DNA of 64,000 nt from an uncultured Planctomycetaceae bacterium (GTDB lineage Bacteria > Planctomycetota > Planctomycetia > Planctomycetales > Planctomycetaceae). Shown one piece after another: positions 39,169 to 48,691 of the stretch. Below the pieces are notes generated by a model that had not been told where the DNA came from, ran no database searches, and worked only from the letters and a program-made list of their open reading frames with translations. How positions within the stretch are numbered: position 1 is the first letter of the stretch; each line of letters starts with the position of its first letter. The stretch covers positions 1 to 64,000 of the forward strand of contig CAXBME010000013.1 of the NCBI GenBank assembly GCA_963976765.1. The letters run 5' to 3'. Made by a program: the position numbers and the translations under genes.

Positions 39169-39783
39169 ATGTCTCAGGATAGACCGCTCTCAAAGCGTCA
39201 GATGAAGATTCTCGACTTCATCATTGATCAGATTCAGGAACGTGGATACGGACCAACCGTCCGCGAAATTGTCAGCCATGTGGGCGACAAATCACCGACC
39301 AGCGTGCATCGTCATTTGAAGACGCTCGAAATACGTGGTCACATCACTCGCGAAGCAAACAAGTCGCGATCCATCCGCCTGACGATGGAACATCGCGGGC
39401 TCCCACTGGCCGGGGTCATCGCTGCCGGGAGCCCCATCGAAGCTGTGGAAGAAATCGAGCGGTTCGATCTGGCAGGAACCTACGACCCGGCGAATCATTT
39501 CATGCTGAAAGTTCGCGGCGACTCGATGATCGAAGACCACATTGACGATGGCGACCTGATCGTCGTCCGGAAGCAATCGACCTGCCGTGACGGCGATACC
39601 GTGGTTGCTCTGATTGATGGCGAGAACGCCACACTCAAGCGATTTTATCGGGAAGACAATCAGGTCCGTCTGCAACCAGCCAATCGCAAACTTGATCCGA
39701 TTTACGTTGCTAAAGATCGAGTTTCGATTGATGGTGTCATGGTTGGCATGGTACGTCAGGTCGCGACATCATCGGCAACGTAA
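39169..39783 (+). CDS. lexA: SOS repressor LexA
   Basis: GYGPTVREI HTH, IAAG cleavage site, GDSM Ser, TLKR Lys. Confidence 0.96.
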   Translation: MSQDRPLSKRQMKILDFIIDQIQERGYGPTVREIVSHVGDKSPTSVHRHLKTLEIRGHITREANKSRSIRLTMEHRGLPLAGVIAAGSPIEAVEEIERFDLAGTYDPANHFMLKVRGDSMIEDHIDDGDLIVVRKQSTCRDGDTVVALIDGENATLKRFYREDNQVRLQPANRKLDPIYVAKDRVSIDGVMVGMVRQVATSSAT

Positions 39784-39826
39784 ACACCGTCCGCCGTTAC
39801 AGCGTTTCATGCAATCCTGTTTGTTG

Positions 39827-39860
39827 ACGCGGACGGAGTAGCTGACTCCGTCCGCGTTTC
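39827..39860 (+). terminator. Hairpin after lexA, probable terminator
   Basis: ACGCGGACGGAGT-AGCTG-ACTCCGTCCGCGT, 13-bp perfect stem, short T tail. Confidence 0.6.
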
Positions 39861-40140
39861 CGCAGCGTCCCAGCCGTACGGTTGACTGCTGAAACCGTTT
39901 GTAAGGTTCTTCAAGGGCCGTTGTGCTCGCACGACACGGCAGGTTCCATTGTCGGGCTCGTAACGTTCGTTCGTTTCCGACACTGTCGAGTTCGTTCCGA
40001 CCACTGCTGCCATTGCAGGCCAGTCCTCATAGTCCGAACCCTTAGTTTGCAAATCCTGACAGTGCAGACCCATTTTTTGTCGTCCGCAGCGCATTATGTG
40101 AGGTAAGCGTTTCTTTCCGAGGTCTCACCCGGACGACTGA

Positions 40141-41334
40141 ATGACTGGATTTGGCAAATACTGGCAGGGCAGCTGTGCAGCATCCGCTGTTGCATGGACG
40201 GCTCTCGGTCTGTCGCTGCTTTGCTCAGCGACCGGCTGTGAAACAGTGTTTGGACAGGCAGCCGTCACGGACATTTCTTCCAGTGACGCTGCTCAAGCAT
40301 CGGACGGTGGCGGGAATCTCAACGACCAGTCATCAGCAGCTGAAGAATCAGGGTTGCCGGATGAAACATCGTCGCCGCAGGTTGAGGTTGCCGTCCGTCA
40401 CCCGGAAGAGCTGCTCGATGATATTCGCGAAGCTCTCTCTGAGACTCGCAATAAGAAACGTCCGAAAGGGCGGATGATCCGCGAGACCTGGCAGACCACT
40501 CAGGAACAGTACATCGCTGCTGGAGTGCTTGCCTGTGCCGAATTGGTCGAGCACGAAGCAGCCACCGACGACCACCTGCGGGAAGCATGGAAATCGAAGG
40601 CTGTGTTGCTCTACCGGGCCGCCGAATACGGTTGGCCGGAATTCGATGACCGCCTGAGCCGGACGGTCGATCAGCTCAAGCAGACATCGTTCGTGGAAGA
40701 GGCCGAGTACGCCGATGGGCTACTGCTGGTTCATCGCTGCTTCGAACGGAACATGCCGGTTCACGAGGTCGTCGAAAAACTCACGGAGCACGCTCGCGAG
40801 TTTCCGGGTGGCGACACTTGTGCCAAATTGTTTGTCGCCTACGCCAAAAAGCTGGATGACCGCGGCCTGAAGAACAGCGCCAGACTTTGCTGTCAGGCCG
40901 CGATCTGGACACTGCACGACCATCCGGAAATTGACTCGATCCGTCATCAGCTTTCCGTGCTGGATGCAAAAGCGGATATTGCTCGAAACTGGGCAGCAGT
41001 CTCTGCGTCCGTTCAGTTGAAACCCGACGATGCAATCCAGCAGGAACTCGATCTGCAGGTCGCTCAGATTCGAAGAGTGCTGCCGATCCGCGTTGACTCG
41101 GCGACAACATTGACCGATGTCTCAGCCGGGTCACACAGCATCAACTACCGTTATACTGTTACGATTTCTGCTCAGCAGATGGAATTTCAGAAGGAATCCA
41201 TCCGGCAGAAAGTTACGCAGCTTGCCAGAAGCGTCCATGCGACGCGGATGATCCTCGCGAAGGGCGTCACCCTGAACTACAGCTACAACTCGCCTGAGGG
41301 GAACCAGCTTCTGTTCTTTTCGGTGACAGATTAA
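40141..41334 (+). CDS. Hypothetical lipoprotein, helical core plus C-terminal pilotin-like domain
   Basis: Lipobox-like SATGC; C-terminal LPIRVDSATTLTDV...YRYTV...GVTLNYSY. Confidence 0.7.
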   Translation: MTGFGKYWQGSCAASAVAWTALGLSLLCSATGCETVFGQAAVTDISSSDAAQASDGGGNLNDQSSAAEESGLPDETSSPQVEVAVRHPEELLDDIREALSETRNKKRPKGRMIRETWQTTQEQYIAAGVLACAELVEHEAATDDHLREAWKSKAVLLYRAAEYGWPEFDDRLSRTVDQLKQTSFVEEAEYADGLLLVHRCFERNMPVHEVVEKLTEHAREFPGGDTCAKLFVAYAKKLDDRGLKNSARLCCQAAIWTLHDHPEIDSIRHQLSVLDAKADIARNWAAVSASVQLKPDDAIQQELDLQVAQIRRVLPIRVDSATTLTDVSAGSHSINYRYTVTISAQQMEFQKESIRQKVTQLARSVHATRMILAKGVTLNYSYNSPEGNQLLFFSVTD

Positions 41335-41638
41335 TCGCTTTTCATGGTTCTGGAGTGGCCTCTCTCAGAACATCCAGCGTGAATTCTGAAGGGGCTTTTG
41401 TTGTTTGGATTGTCTGTCTGTGGCCACTGACCGACCGAGTAGGGACTGACAGTGCCCTGAAAAGCTGTCATTTCCACATCGGGTATGGCAAACAACGGCG
41501 ACCACGAGGTCTGAGGTGGAAACACAACTTCATCTGCTCCTATACTCGACCGTGGCCCGTCGGACTTCGTCTCTGGGGTGAAGCCGAATTTCAAACCATC
41601 AATTCTCCGTTCCTAACGCGGTTCCCGGAAAAGCACAC

Positions 41639-41827
41639 ATGACGCCTGGCATCAAGAAAATGCTCTTCGGTTCAATGGGCGTGTCGATCATCGTTGGCAT
41701 CCTGGCGATCGTAGACGTCGCGACAGGCTTTCCGTTCGGCGGACAGATGTTCTTTGACATCATGTTCGTTCTCAGTGCCGGCCTGGTTGGCTACATGGGA
41801 TTTGACACGTACAAAGAATTGACCTGA
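41639..41827 (+). CDS. Small two-TM membrane protein
   Basis: 62 aa, two hydrophobic helices, typical codon usage. Confidence 0.75.
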   Translation: MTPGIKKMLFGSMGVSIIVGILAIVDVATGFPFGGQMFFDIMFVLSAGLVGYMGFDTYKELT

Positions 41828-41945
41828 TCGTCAGGAATGGCCCGCAGACTGAGCCGCCTCAATCGACACTGGTTGTTTCGCAAGTGAAACGGAATTCACG
41901 ACGCAAGGCCTCAGATCATTCCGGGAAAGCGGAAGGAATCCGACT

Positions 41946-43004
41946 TTGTCTGCTTACGTGAGACACGTTCTCGGCATCATCAAATGGGTGATTGCGCTGG
42001 GCATCGTTGGCTACCTGATCTATCAGAACAACGAACAGTTCGAGCGGCTTGTCAACGAACCAATTCACTGGCAGTTTTTGATTGCAGCCTTTGTACTGTG
42101 TGGCAGTTCGATCATCCTGACGTTCTACCGCTGGTACCTGCTGGTCGTCGCCCTTGAGTTTCCTTTCCGGTTCAGTGATGCGCTGAGGCTTGGGTTTCTG
42201 GGGTACCTCTTTAACTATGTGGCGCCCGGTGCGGTTGGTGGCGATTTCGTGAAGGGCGTGCTGATGGCTCGCGAGCAGCCGGGACGCCGTTCCGTTGCTG
42301 TGGCCACGATTCTGCTCGATCGGATTCTCGGTCTGATGGGTCTGCTGATCGTCGGAGCGGGAGCGACGCTGCTGGTGGCCGATCGGATCGAGCACCGCGA
42401 CGAGATTGTGACCGTACTCTGGGGCGGCAGCCTTGCCGGACTGACCGGGCTCGTCGTCATGCTGCATCCGGCCACGCCGAATTCCTGGTGGATGAAACTT
42501 CTCATTCGGATCCCGAAAGCCGGCAGAATTATTTCGGACCTCGAAGATGGAATCTCACTTTATCAGCAACGCAGAATGATCGTGGCGCTGACTGTTGTGC
42601 TGAGCGTTATCGGGCACTTCGGAATCATCTCGTCGTTCTACTGTTGCGCTCGCGCGGTGGCAACCGCTGCCGAGACTCCCAGCTATGTCACACACCTGCT
42701 GCTGATTCCACTGGCGGAAATCGTGGGAGTGATCGTGCCGTTGCCTGGCGGTGTGGGAGCGCTCGAAGCCGCCGTCCAGGAATCGTACAAACTGGCCGGC
42801 GCGAATGCAGGAATCGGCCTGCTGGCTGTCGGTGCTTATCGAGTCACGACAATCCTGGTCGCTGCGATTGGCTCGGTTTATTACCTCGCGTCAAAACGTC
42901 AGATTCAGGAGCTGCTTGCTGCCGAAGAGGCAAACTCAACAGCGGTAACAAGCGATGAGGACAGCCTCAAAGACGGAACGGCAACGGCTCAGCCAGAGGC
43001 GTGA
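41946..43004 (+). CDS. Lysylphosphatidylglycerol synthase TM / flippase-like (UPF0104) protein
   Basis: RWYLL, PGAVGGDFVK, DRILGL, PGGVGALE. Confidence 0.9.
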   Translation: MSAYVRHVLGIIKWVIALGIVGYLIYQNNEQFERLVNEPIHWQFLIAAFVLCGSSIILTFYRWYLLVVALEFPFRFSDALRLGFLGYLFNYVAPGAVGGDFVKGVLMAREQPGRRSVAVATILLDRILGLMGLLIVGAGATLLVADRIEHRDEIVTVLWGGSLAGLTGLVVMLHPATPNSWWMKLLIRIPKAGRIISDLEDGISLYQQRRMIVALTVVLSVIGHFGIISSFYCCARAVATAAETPSYVTHLLLIPLAEIVGVIVPLPGGVGALEAAVQESYKLAGANAGIGLLAVGAYRVTTILVAAIGSVYYLASKRQIQELLAAEEANSTAVTSDEDSLKDGTATAQPEA

Positions 43005-43078
43005 AGCAGCGGCGAATTTTGTGATGAACATTGCCCGCCGTTGAGAACTTGAGGCCGCACAACTCAGGAGTTGGCATC

Positions 43079-44221
43079 ATGACATCCGCACCATTTTACG
43101 CAGTTCCGGTCGAAGCTGGCATGTCGGATGAACGATGGTCGGCAGCGTGTGACCGACTGGCTGACTTCTGTAACGAAGGCACCATCTCATCGGCGGCGCT
43201 GGTCGCTGGTCGAGACTCGGCGGTCGTGCAACCGCGTTTTTTCGGCAAGCAATCATTGGACGGCGAAGAACCGCTGCGGGACGATGCGATGTTCCTCGTC
43301 GCGTCGATCACGAAGCCGATTGTGGCGTCGGCGGCGTTGCTGCTGGTTGAGCGAGGGCTGCTGACACTTTCCGATAGAGTCACTGACTACATTCCCGAGT
43401 TCGGCAGAAACGGGAAGAACGCCGTCCGCATCCGCCACCTGCTGACTCACACGTCCGGCCTGCCGGACATGTTGCCGGATAATGTCGCCCTGCGGAAAAG
43501 CCACGCACCGTTGTCGGCCTTCGTTGAAGGCACCTGCGCGGTGGAACTTGATTTTCCCGCCGGTCGCGGAGTCCGATATCAAAGTATGGGCTTCGCGATT
43601 CTTGGAGAAATCATTCAGCGAGTGACCGGCGTTTCTTGTGCCGACTTCGTCCGGGGTGAAATTTTCGAACCGCTCGGCATGAGCGATTCGTGGCTCGGCC
43701 TGCGTGACGAAGCCTTTAAAGACGACGCTGCAATCGTCAATCGAATCACTGAAGTGCTGGTTCCCGACGAAATGGTCGGCGAAGACTGGAACTGGAACGG
43801 TCGTTACTGGCGACAACTCGGTGCTCCGTGGGGAGGGTTGATCACGACGCCATCCGATCTGGCTCGATTCTGCCAGATGATGCTCGGATCGCCCGCGAAC
43901 GGTGTTCAGGTTTTGTCGCCGGCAACGATCCGAGCCGCCACTCGAAACCAGCTCGAAGTAATGGCCGACGTCCCGGAAGTCGACCGCCGAACTCGACCGT
44001 GGGGACTTGGCTGGCGACTCAACTGGCCAGCTCACAGTGCGAACTTTGGCGACTTCATGGGAAGTCGGACTTACGGACATTGGGGAGCGACTGGTACAGT
44101 CCTCTGGATTGACCCCGACCAGAATTCGTTCGCCGTGCTGCTGACGACAAAACCGCAGGAGCCACACGGAACGTGGCTGGCTCGGGTGTCCAACGCCGTG
44201 ACGGCTTCATTTCTCAACTGA
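43079..44221 (+). CDS. Serine hydrolase, beta-lactamase class C / esterase family
   Basis: SITK (SxxK), LLTHTSGL, YQS, GHWG; AGGAG RBS. Confidence 0.92.
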   Translation: MTSAPFYAVPVEAGMSDERWSAACDRLADFCNEGTISSAALVAGRDSAVVQPRFFGKQSLDGEEPLRDDAMFLVASITKPIVASAALLLVERGLLTLSDRVTDYIPEFGRNGKNAVRIRHLLTHTSGLPDMLPDNVALRKSHAPLSAFVEGTCAVELDFPAGRGVRYQSMGFAILGEIIQRVTGVSCADFVRGEIFEPLGMSDSWLGLRDEAFKDDAAIVNRITEVLVPDEMVGEDWNWNGRYWRQLGAPWGGLITTPSDLARFCQMMLGSPANGVQVLSPATIRAATRNQLEVMADVPEVDRRTRPWGLGWRLNWPAHSANFGDFMGSRTYGHWGATGTVLWIDPDQNSFAVLLTTKPQEPHGTWLARVSNAVTASFLN

Positions 44222-44293
44222 TTATCTTGCCGGCAAAAAGCCCTGGCAGAAGACAACTTATCTTGCCGGCAAAAAGCCCTGGCAGAAGACAAC
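44222..44293. repeat. Exact tandem duplication of a 36-bp hairpin-forming unit
   Basis: TTATCTTGCCGGCAAAAAGCCCTGGCAGAAGACAAC x2 (44222-44257, 44258-44293). Confidence 0.95.
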
Positions 44294-44308
44294 GAAACGG
44301 AGTTCCCC

Positions 44309-44818
44309 ATGTCGATGGATTTTGGCGAAGGCGACTTCACAGACGCCGCCACCATGCGAGGCCGAGACTGGCCTGCGCTGACTCAATTCTGCGTGATTAT
44401 CGAAAATCGAGTCGGCAGCCTGAACCAGTTGATGCAGCATCTCGAACGCCATGATGTTCGCATTATCGCGCTGAGCATTGTCGATACGATCGATGTCGCG
44501 ATCGCCCGAGTCATGCTCGACCAGGTCGAACGCGGTCGTGAACTGTTTGAACTCTCCGGCTTCACCTTCTTCGAAAACGAAGTTCTGGGAGTCGAGCTTC
44601 CCGACCACACTCAACCCTTCGTCGCCGTGCTGTCGGCATTGCTGCAGGCCGAAGTCAACGTGAATTATATGTACCCGCTGCTGTTCCGCCGTGCTGGGCA
44701 CAGTTCCATCGCCGTCCACGTCGAAGACCTGGACACCGCCACCAAAGTGCTCCGCGACAAAGGCTTCGGCCTCATCAGCGAAAGCGATCTGATGAACGAC
44801 GACGAGCATTTTGGATAG
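44309..44818 (+). CDS. Tandem ACT-domain protein
   Basis: QFCVIIENRVGSL, VNVNYMY, L.DKGF. Confidence 0.85.
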   Translation: MSMDFGEGDFTDAATMRGRDWPALTQFCVIIENRVGSLNQLMQHLERHDVRIIALSIVDTIDVAIARVMLDQVERGRELFELSGFTFFENEVLGVELPDHTQPFVAVLSALLQAEVNVNYMYPLLFRRAGHSSIAVHVEDLDTATKVLRDKGFGLISESDLMNDDEHFG

Positions 44819-44969
44819 AGTCTCAACTCGCAAGTCGTCGATTCAAGGCAGCGGGAATCAGAATCCGAACGAGAACCTCGAACTCTCTGTAAACCAGACT
44901 TTGCCAATAGCAGGCAGCCTTACATTCACGTCTGACTTATCTTCCTGTGAAACCTGAGAGTTGGACGAC

Positions 44970-46052
44970 ATGAAGCAGTTTATATGTGCCTGCGACGGTG
45001 TGGTCTTTTTCGAGAACACGCAGTGCCTGACCTGCGGAAAAGAACTTGGCTGGTGCCCGGAATGCACGCGAATGACGGCGCTGGAGCGGACGTCTGATGG
45101 AAAGCTCCGCTGTGCCAATTCTGAATGTGGAGCCTTACTCGTCAAGTGCCACAACTACGGAGTCGAGAAAGTCTGCAATCGCTGCTGTGCTGCTCAGCCT
45201 GATTCCGACGGAAAGGCTCCGCTGTGTGACTACTGCCGGTTTAACGACACCATCCCCGACCTGTCCATTGCAGGTAACCGTGAGATGTGGGCGCGCCTGG
45301 AAGCGGCGAAGAGACGGCTGCTTTACACACTGGACCTGCTGAAGTTGCCCTATGGAAGCCGCAAGGATGGATTCGAACCAGTCCTTTCATTCGATTTCAA
45401 AGCCGACACCACTCAGATACGGAAGTGGTGGTGGTCGATGGGCAAAGAGGAAAGGGTCTACACCGGGCACGCCAATGGAAAGATCACGATAAATCTTCGA
45501 GAAGCCGATACTGTCGAGCGCGAAAAAGCCAGGGTCATGTTTCACGAAGCGCACCGGACGGTGATTGGACACTTCCGGCACGAGATTGGTCATTACTACT
45601 GGCAGATGCTGATTGAAGACCGTGCCGAAGCCGACTTTATTGCCGTATTCGGTGACCACCGGGATCCTGGCTACGGCGATGCTCAGCAGGCCTACTACAA
45701 AGACGGGCCGCGATCGAACTGGCCGGCCAGCTTCATTAGTGCCTACGCGACAATGCACCCCTGGGAAGACTTCGCAGAAACCTTTGCCGCGTATCTCGAC
45801 ATGGTCAGCGTGCTCGACACGGCGCACCACATGAACCTTGGAGAAAACCTGGATCCAGCAACGGCGGAACTGCCGGTTCTGGTCAGCTGCTACATGCGTC
45901 TCGGAGTTGTCCTGAATGAGATGAACCGGTCGATGGGTTTGCTTGACCTTGTACCTGAAGTGTTCGTCGCACCTGTAATTGCCAAACTTGACTACATCCA
46001 CAAACTGGTTCAGCAGGCACGGAGCACTGTCGTTCCAGTTGCGGCTCACTAA
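44970..46052 (+). CDS. Putative zinc-binding metallopeptidase with Zn ribbon (DUF2248-like)
   Basis: FFENTQCLTC, TGHANG.ITINL.EAD, GHFRHEIGHYYW, YATMHPWEDFAE. Confidence 0.9.
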   Translation: MKQFICACDGVVFFENTQCLTCGKELGWCPECTRMTALERTSDGKLRCANSECGALLVKCHNYGVEKVCNRCCAAQPDSDGKAPLCDYCRFNDTIPDLSIAGNREMWARLEAAKRRLLYTLDLLKLPYGSRKDGFEPVLSFDFKADTTQIRKWWWSMGKEERVYTGHANGKITINLREADTVEREKARVMFHEAHRTVIGHFRHEIGHYYWQMLIEDRAEADFIAVFGDHRDPGYGDAQQAYYKDGPRSNWPASFISAYATMHPWEDFAETFAAYLDMVSVLDTAHHMNLGENLDPATAELPVLVSCYMRLGVVLNEMNRSMGLLDLVPEVFVAPVIAKLDYIHKLVQQARSTVVPVAAH

Positions 46053-46116
46053 CTGATTCCTGAGCGAATCAAACTCGAAGTGACGTCGCTCCACAGCTCT
46101 TGAGGAGACGAAAATT

Positions 46117-47040
46117 CTGAACTGGACATCAACGCTGCGGGAAGTTGAAGCAGCGGTTGCTCCGTATCGAGGGCAGGGCAGGGTTGCTGATTACATTCCG
46201 GCGCTGGCCGCTGTCGATCCGATGAAATTCGGAATGTGCGTCACGCTGGAGAATGGCGAGTCGCACTGTCTTGGCGATGCGACCGAGTGTTTTTCCATCC
46301 AGAGTATTTCCAAAGTTTTCACGTTGTCGATGGCCCTCCGCTGCGTCGGTGATGAACTCTGGAAGCGGGTCAGTCGGGAACCTTCGGGGTCACCGTTCAA
46401 CTCCATCGTCCAGCTCGAGAGCGAACGCGGCATTCCCAGGAATCCTTTGATCAACGCGGGAGCCATCGTCGTGACCGACCATCTTGTTGAGCAGGCTGGA
46501 GCAGGAGGCATGGTGACGGAACTGGTGAGTCGTTTGCGGCAGCTGACTAATGATGAATCAATCGCTGTTGATGATGTGGTCGCTTCGTCAGAAGCCACGG
46601 CAGGGGCCAGAAATCGGGCGCTCGCATACTTCATGCAGTCATACGGAAACCTCCGCAATCCTGTCGAAGAAACGCTGGCGGCTTATTTTTCGCACTGTGC
46701 CATTTCAATGAACTGCCGTCAGCTTTCGCGGGCAGCGCTTTTTCTCGCGTTCGACGGCTGCGACCCGATCACCGGCCAGCAGATGGTCAGCAGCGAATTC
46801 TGTCGGCGCATCAATGCCGTCATGATGTCCTGTGGCCACTATGACAACAGTGGCGACTTTACATTCCGCATTGGATTGCCGGGGAAAAGTGGAGTGGGGG
46901 GCGGCATTCTGGTGATCGCTCCCCGGCACGGCAGCATCGCGGTGTGGTCCCCCGGTCTCAACCCTGCCGGGACGTCACTGGTCGGAAGTCTTGCGCTGGA
47001 AGCTCTGGTAAAACTCACCGGCTGGTCGGTCTTCGTCTGA
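46117..47040 (+). CDS. glsA: Glutaminase; probable CTG start (ORF track start 46222 is too short)
   Basis: GRVADYIPALA, FSIQSISK, EPSG.PFNS, NPLINAGA, PGKSGVGGG. Confidence 0.92.
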   Translation: MNWTSTLREVEAAVAPYRGQGRVADYIPALAAVDPMKFGMCVTLENGESHCLGDATECFSIQSISKVFTLSMALRCVGDELWKRVSREPSGSPFNSIVQLESERGIPRNPLINAGAIVVTDHLVEQAGAGGMVTELVSRLRQLTNDESIAVDDVVASSEATAGARNRALAYFMQSYGNLRNPVEETLAAYFSHCAISMNCRQLSRAALFLAFDGCDPITGQQMVSSEFCRRINAVMMSCGHYDNSGDFTFRIGLPGKSGVGGGILVIAPRHGSIAVWSPGLNPAGTSLVGSLALEALVKLTGWSVFV

Positions 47041-47159
47041 AGTCATTGTCTGACTCGGTCACGTCCCGACGCACCAGATCAGGCGAGAACAAACCGAAGA
47101 GTGGTTCCGGTCACCAGCCAGCCAGTGCCAAAGCCAGATGCCTCGTGTTCCGTCACTGC

Positions 47160-48461
47160 CTACGTTGTGGCCCATTCACGTGATGGACGAGAGCGAAGTC
47201 GGTTGGCTTCGGCGTCGTCGATGAACTCTTCTTTCACCGGATCGAGTTTCAGCTTGCGATTCAGAATCCAGGCAATCGCTGCGGCATGACAGGCGATGTG
47301 CGAACGTCGCATCACATCTGGATTGGCGACCGTCGCCTTACGCGAGCGGATGCAGTCGAAGAAGTTGCGAGAGTGCGCCGTCACGTCCAGGCCGCGGACT
47401 CGCTTCGTTCCGTCCGGCAGCTTTTTCTGAAGTGATTCCGGCAGAGCGACGATCTCGCCGGAGTCGCCCGTTTCGACCGAGCCTTCTTCGCCCACAAAGC
47501 GTACCGGACAGGTTCCCAGCCGCGTGACATAATGCGGCGAACGATTTCCGAAGGGGTCTGCCAGGAAGTCGATGATCAGCTTCACGCCGTTGGCGTATCG
47601 GCAGACGATGTTGTTTGCGGTGGGTTCATACTCGATCGGCATCGTGTCGTCGGCCTGGTTGGCCCATTGACAGAGATCGACCGTGTGGGCTCCCCAATCG
47701 AGCAGGCGGGCTCCTGAATCGAAGTCCCACTGACCTCGCCAACGACCGTCGCAGTAGGACTGGTTGAACGGTCGCCAAGCGGCTGGGCCGAGCCACAGGT
47801 TCCAGTCAACCACGTCGCGAGCCGGCAGGGGCTGAGCCGGCAGCCAGGTGTTGTCGAGCGTTGGGAAGTAGACCGACGCGTGCATGGTGTGGAGCTTGCC
47901 GAGCTTCCCGGAGTGCACCCACTCGACGGCCTGCTGAAAGTTTGGCACGCTGCGGCGCTGCGTGCCCGCCTGGAAGATTCGCTTCTCCCGGTGCATCGTA
48001 TCCGCCAGTTCCTGACACGTAGCGATGGTGATGCCGCATGGTTTTTCGCTGTAGACATCCTTGCCGGCTTCCGCCGCCAGCATCGACGCCGCTGCGTGCC
48101 AGCGATCGCCCGTTGCGATCAGCACCGCATCAATATCTTTGCGGTCAAGCAGTTCGCGGAAGTCTCGATAAAGCACACAGTCCGCGTTTCCGTAATGCTC
48201 ATCGATCAGCTTCTTGCCAGCGGTTCGTCGACTGGCCTGGACGTCAGCGATCGCGACGCAGCGGACATCGCCGAACGGCAACATCGACTTCACGTCGTAC
48301 GTGCAGCGAGGCCCAATGCCGATGATTCCAAACGTGATCTTTTCACTGGCCGCCGTCGCTCCATCCCGTCCAAGAACGTATGAGGGAACAAACGTCGCCG
48401 CCGCAGTGGCAGCGATACCTGTCGTTAGAAATTCACGTCGCGTACTGGCTGGCCTGTTCAT
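47160..48461 (-). CDS. Tat-exported Gfo/Idh/MocA oxidoreductase
   Basis: TRREFL, IATGDRWH, DVYSEKP, QAGTQRRS, DWGAH. Confidence 0.92.
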   Translation of the reverse strand: MNRPASTRREFLTTGIAATAAATFVPSYVLGRDGATAASEKITFGIIGIGPRCTYDVKSMLPFGDVRCVAIADVQASRRTAGKKLIDEHYGNADCVLYRDFRELLDRKDIDAVLIATGDRWHAAASMLAAEAGKDVYSEKPCGITIATCQELADTMHREKRIFQAGTQRRSVPNFQQAVEWVHSGKLGKLHTMHASVYFPTLDNTWLPAQPLPARDVVDWNLWLGPAAWRPFNQSYCDGRWRGQWDFDSGARLLDWGAHTVDLCQWANQADDTMPIEYEPTANNIVCRYANGVKLIIDFLADPFGNRSPHYVTRLGTCPVRFVGEEGSVETGDSGEIVALPESLQKKLPDGTKRVRGLDVTAHSRNFFDCIRSRKATVANPDVMRRSHIACHAAAIAWILNRKLKLDPVKEEFIDDAEANRLRSRPSREWATT

Positions 48462-48691
48462 CGTCCCGCTCCTGTTTGTTGAAGGCTGCGTCAGCAGAAC
48501 AGTTTGCAGGAAGCAGCGCCGTCGTCAACCACAAGGCCACTCGAAAGGCTCAGCCGATGTTGCGTCTGCCCTTTGGGGGCTCATCACTAGCCGAGGCTGG
48601 CATCACAACCTGCAGCACTGGCGCCGTCGAAATTACGTGACTGTCAGTTTCAAGTTCTCCGGCGGCCGCGAAGTACAAATCTCTTTACCGG

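Noticed and set aside
44222..44293. CRISPR array (36-nt repeats ending ACAAC)
   Set aside because: Only two copies, no spacer between them and no cas genes in the window
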